DNA from: Octopus sinensis
Lineage: Eukaryota
Length of the DNA: 64,000 nucleotides
Reading direction: 5' to 3'
NCBI RefSeq assembly: GCF_006345805.1
Contig: NC_042998.1
Coordinates: 34,348,001 to 34,412,000, forward strand
Notes under the pieces: model-generated
Told to the model about the DNA's origin: nothing
The model's input: only the letters and a program-made list of their open reading frames with translations
Database searches by the model: none
Position numbers and translations under genes: made by a program
In this document: piece by piece, positions 59,191 through 64,000 of the stretch
How positions within the stretch are numbered: the stretch's first letter is position 1
Layout of the letters: each line of letters starts with the position of its first letter

Positions 59191-61096
59191 TTAAGCGCAC
59201 ACATGCATGCATATTTCTTTTAGAATGATGTCAAAAGTTTCAAAGTTGAGATAAGCAAGCAGCTGTTCTTTTTTTTTTTTCCTTTTCCTTTTGTCTTCTC
59301 TCTTCCAAACCGTGCATCATCAATTCAAGAAGCTGCTAAGTAAATTTCTAGTAAATTTCTGCGAAGAATGCCAAACTGTCATGTGTAGGAGGCAGAGTTA
59401 CTTCTGGATCTGCTGAAACGGACTCGTAGTAGGATAGGAAGCAAGATATCAGTTACTTCTTTTGGCTTGCAGGTATTGTTTACTGTTTCATGGGCTGGGT
59501 CCTCACTGCTCTGCAGGAATTGAAGCAGGCTGTTCTACTTGTGGAGACATTTAGACGTCACATGAATGTTTACCAAACACAAATTGCCCAAGTTAGAACA
59601 GCTCCTACCCATCTGCCTTATTCCCATTAGCTTATGCTATCTTCCACCTCTCTTATACTTTGCATCTGAGAATCTTTATGCATGTGTAAGAGGAGGAGGC
59701 TGGAAGTATGTGAAGGCAATGTTTGGTTTTTTTTACACTTCTCTTTTAGTTTCTACTTTCGTTACACATCAATTTTGTGTGTTTTTCTCCTTATATTTGT
59801 GTCTCATTATTTTCCTAAATATCTGTTTTTGTTACTATTCTTTCACACTTTTATTCCGTATCTTTTTCCTACATCAATAAAAAGTGTGTGTATGTATATA
59901 TTTGTATACATTTACATGTATACAAACTTAGTTTTTTTTTTTTTTCCATACACACATAACACACATATATGCAAATGTATGTGTACCAATATCTCTCCTT
60001 CTTCTAGAAGACAGTTGATATTCTTGCCAAATTATGTTGATATGTTGTTATGTACGATAAGTTGCATTCCACGTATTTGTTTATGAATGGCTATTAAGGT
60101 ATTTGTAATTTCTTTTGAAGTGAAATGAATTGTCAAATGATTGGGCAATTTGTAAAAACATTGTGTTTCCAAAGAAAATGGTTCTGCTAATTATTAGGAA
60201 TATTTATTTGGTCAAACAATTTATAATATTCTCTTTTATTTTCTTAACTCTAACATTTTAAATTCATTCTATTTGGAATAACCATCTCAATGATGACTTT
60301 TACTTCACAATTTGTCGCAATTTTGGAAGTCATTAGACATCACTACAGATATTGTCTAATTGCTTTTCTTCACGGGATGCCGAAAGGCTGGGTTGGCACA
60401 CAGCTATGTTTGTTTTGAAATATAATGATCTGCATAGTTTCCTGTAAATTGAGCAAATGATAAAGAAGGCTTGTTGAAGTCTTGTACGTTTGTATCTACG
60501 TGCTATATGTTTATATAGTTTTGTTAAGGTATTTGGTTAGTGTGTGCTGTTTCAAATATTATGCAGTCTTGTAATAATTTCTGGTAAACTATTCAGTAAT
60601 GTAAGCACATACAATCACTCAATATTTTTCAAAGATCATTTGCTTTCAGCATCATTTAGTTTTCTCTTCTCTACCAGTCAATGAATTTCTCTGATGGTGG
60701 TTTGACAGCATGAGTAGAGAGCTGAACACAATGTTAGTTGATTCACCAAGTCTGCAGAGAATTATATTAAATGCTGTTAGGTTTATAGAACCTGTGGGGA
60801 GCAAGATGAAATGGTCATTGATTAATAGTCAGTAAAGAGCTAGGGAAAAACTGGTGAATCAGCAGATAACTAGTGAAAATGATTGACCATCAGTGGAGAG
60901 TCTTGTGGTCTTTTGTTGCATTACTTTAAAATTATCTAAATTCAAGTTTGCCTTTCATTTTTAGGGGCTTGATATAATATATACCAGTTAGGTTGTAGGA
61001 ATCTGGGAATTCATTGTATCGCTTCACAAGTCTTTGGCCTCATGCCAATGTTAAAAATCTTTATTCTATAGTTTCTACACCTGTTTAAGCTATTAA

Positions 61097-61512
61097 CACT
61101 TTTGTTACCAACCCGGCTTAAACTGCCTCTGGCTCTGAGTACAGATGTCTTATTTACATAAATTTTGAATTAAAATCTTCCACCAAACCTTAGTCACAAT
61201 TTATGTTCCTAACACTAGCTTAATGATAACCAAGCTATTTTACTAAATTCTTTGTTATATTTAAAATAATTGAAAGAAACACAGAGCATCTTAAAATAAA
61301 TACAGTACCCACCTGAAACTGCCTCTGTCTCTGAGTACAAATGTCTTGTTTTCATAAGTTTTGAATTAAAATCTTCCACCAAACCTTAGTCACAATTTAT
61401 GTTCCCAACACTAGCTTAATGATAACCAAGTTATTTTAGTAAATTCTTTGTTATATTTAAAATAATTAAAAGAAACACAGAGCATCTCAAAATAAATACA
61501 GTAACGAAAGGG
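61097..61512. mobile_element. piggyBac-like MITE with internal tandem duplication
   Basis: TTAA|CACTTTTGTTAC...GTAACGAAAGGG|TTAA; about 195-bp body is present twice. Confidence 0.78.
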
Positions 61513-61689
61513 TTAAAGCACATCTTGGACAGTCCATCTAAATGTTGTGAATATAAGTTGTCATTTTGGTAGAACCCATTTTTCTGTAAATAAAACTCAC
61601 AGAAGGATTTGAGTACAACACCTCAAGCTAATAAGGCATGTTATTGAATTACATGGCCCTTAATACTGAGATTGTGAAGTTGCATGACT

Positions 61690-61992
61690 TGGTAGTTTGG
61701 GTGTTTGGCTCACAATTGGAAGGTCAGGTGTACGATTCCTGGCAGTGCCTTATGTCCTTGAACAAGACACTTTATTTCTCATTATTCCACCCATCTGGCA
61801 AAAATGAGTAGTACCTGTATTTCAAAGGGCCACCTCGTCACATTCTGTGTTGTGCTGAATCTCCCCAAGAAGTATGTTAAGGGGATACGTGTCTGTGGAG
61901 TGCTCAGCCACTTGCATATTAATTTCATGAGCAGGCCATTCCATTGCTCGGACCAAGTGGAACCTTTGTGATTGTAACTGATGGAGTGCCTG
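61690..61992 (+). mobile_element. SINE D-related
   Basis: gtacctgtatttcaaagggcc...ggagtgctcagccacttgc. Confidence 0.7.
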
Positions 61993-62274
61993 TTAAGTTA
62001 ATACCTATCGTAATGGACCATACCTCTCTGTCTATACATATGGAACCTCTCTGCAACTGTGTAGACAGGGTCATTTGAAAGTTATGTTTTTACTGTGAAC
62101 AAGTATAGTGCCAAAGATAGAACTAAGAACCCCTTAGTTGGCATTAGATGTCCTGTTCACTTGAGCAGCTCCAGTTCTGATTACAAAACCATTAAAGCTT
62201 TCTAGAGAAAATATTTAGTCTTTAATTCCCAAGTTTTATCTTCCATCTTTTTAATATACTTTAATATTATAGAT

Positions 62275-62770
62275 GCAGGTGTAATGATATGCATAATATC
62301 TGGTCATCAAATCTAAGTAGAGATTTCAAACTTAAAATCTTCAAAGCCACAGTCGAACCAATTCTACTAGATGGCTCAGAAACCTGGACGTTATCAAAGA
62401 AGCTTGAGAGGCGGTTGGATGGAACTTACACTCGCCTCCTTATGAGAGCTCAAAATCTCTTGTGGAAGCGTCATCCAACCAAAGTACAAATATATGGGAA
62501 ACTACCACCTGTATCATCTCTTGTGAAAGGTAGAAGAGTCCAGTTTGCTGGACATTGTTGTAGAGCTGAAAACGAGGTAATTTCTACTCTTCTCCTTTGG
62601 AAGCCATCTGCTCGTGATACCAGAGGGCACACACTCTCCTACCCTGATGTAATCTGTAGGGATACAGGCATCCAGAAATAGGACCTCCGTAATGCTATGA
62701 TGGACTGTGAAGTCTGGTGTAACATAGTAATTTCCACTGTCTCAACCATGGTCGAACAATGACGATAATG
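62275..62770 (+). pseudogene. C-terminal fragment of an RTE/RTEX-like LINE
   Basis: IFKATVEPILLDGSETWTL, RRLDGTYTRLL, RRVQFAGHCCR, LLLWKP motifs; stop at 62679-62681. Confidence 0.8.
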
Positions 62771-62771
62771 C

Positions 62772-63185
62772 AGGTGTGACTGTGTGGTAAGAAGGTTGCT
62801 TTCCAACCCTATGGTTTTCAGTTCAGTCCTACTATATGGCACTTTGAGCAAGTGTCTGCAACTATAGCTTCAGGTTGAGCAAAGCCTTGTAAATGGATTC
62901 AATAAAGAGAAACTGAAAGAAGCCCGTCATATCTGTATGTATATGTATGTGTGTGTCTTTGTGTCTGTGCTTGTTGCCCACCACCACCACCACCACCACC
63001 ACCACGACTTGACAACCGGTGTTGGTTTGTTTACATCCTCATAACTTAACAGTTCTGAAAAGTGACCGATAGAATAAGTACCAAGCTTTAAAAAAATGTA
63101 AATTCTGGCGTTGATTCATTCAACTAATAATTCTTCAAGTCTGTGCCCCAACATGGCCACAGTCTAATGACTGAAACAATAAAAG
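62772..63185 (+). mobile_element. SINE A, diverged
   Basis: gcaggtgtgactgtgtggtaag...gactgaaacaataaaagataa. Confidence 0.8.
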
Positions 63186-63567
63186 ATAATTCGATGGATT
63201 TTAGCTACAAATTCATTTTCCACTTTTCCGTCCTCCATTTACATCAAAACTAATAATAAAAAATCTTTTGTTGTGGTGAATCATCTACTTTCCTCATAAC
63301 AGATTTTGTATTGCAAATGAATATATTGCAGCACCGCAGTTAATAACTAATTAGTTTTAACGTATATATTCCGCAAAAACCTTTGGTGTCTATCCTTTAA
63401 ATTCCTTTTTAACGAACTACCTAATTATGAGCAAATTAATTTTAGACTGATAATGTTGCATAACTAAAAGATTAATGATCGTTTAATTGCCGAGAATCAG
63501 AGATGTATCGATAAAAAGTAATTGACCAAAGAGGAAAACAAAGTGATTTCATTAAAGTATTCATTAA

Positions 63568-63598
<31 letters not shown>

Positions 63599-63690
63599 TT
63601 CACGTCTGTTTTCCATGCTGGCATGGGTTGGATGGTTTGACTGGAGCTAGTAAAGCTGGGAGCTGCATTAGGTTCCCTTGTCTGTTCGCT
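63568..63690 (-). mobile_element. RTE 3' terminus fragment
   Basis: (CAT)n...tttccatgctggcatgggttggatgg. Confidence 0.7.
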
Positions 63691-63877
63691 CAACTAGTTC
63701 TTTTTTCTTGTTTTTTTTTTTTTGAATACCAGATTTATCCAAAAGGACAAGTTGTAGCTATTTCTAAGGAATAGTTACTTTGACCAAGAAACAGTTTTAA
63801 AAGCCCTACGCTTTAAATTTTACATTAATTACTTGGCAAATGCAGGGCCATTTTAACAGTATTACTAACTCCATGTG

Positions 63878-64000
63878 AAGCAGGCATGCTGGCAGACTCA
63901 TTAGCACCCCGGCCGAAATACCTAGCACCATTTTGCCTATCTTTACATTCTGAGTTCAAATTCTTCCAAAGCTGACTTTACTTTTCATTCTCTTGGGGCC
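63878..64000 (+). mobile_element. SINE B (cut by window edge)
   Basis: gctggcagactcattagcac...tgagttcaaattc. Confidence 0.65.

Noticed and set aside
60000-60860. A-rich minus-strand region resembling a decayed TE ORF
   Set aside because: No diagnostic motif could be read.

Overview
AT-rich eukaryotic window dominated by repeats. From recognising the repeat families I infer a cephalopod, most likely Octopus; this was not database-checked. No intact multi-exon gene can be proven, only a few candidate + strand exons with splice signals. Most of the window is transposon-derived: 5'-truncated LINEs (RTE, CR1-type, RTEX-like, R4/Dong-type 3' end, a very decayed L1/Tx1-like remnant), three tRNA-derived SINE families, many orphan RTE 3'UTRs, four Helitron-type non-autonomous elements, piggyBac-, hAT- and TA-flanked MITEs, and long (TA)n/(TG)n/(GAT)n tracts. 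The most interesting signal is a set of about 9 minimal type-I hammerhead-ribozyme (HHR)-like motifs in about five different short repeats. One has an intact catalytic core (44463-44504). One sits downstream of a tRNA-like Pol III head, forming a tRNA-head plus hammerhead-tail SINE (34930-35166). Several occur as divergent pairs inside fold-back structures. All boundaries were read by eye and are approximate unless termini are quoted.
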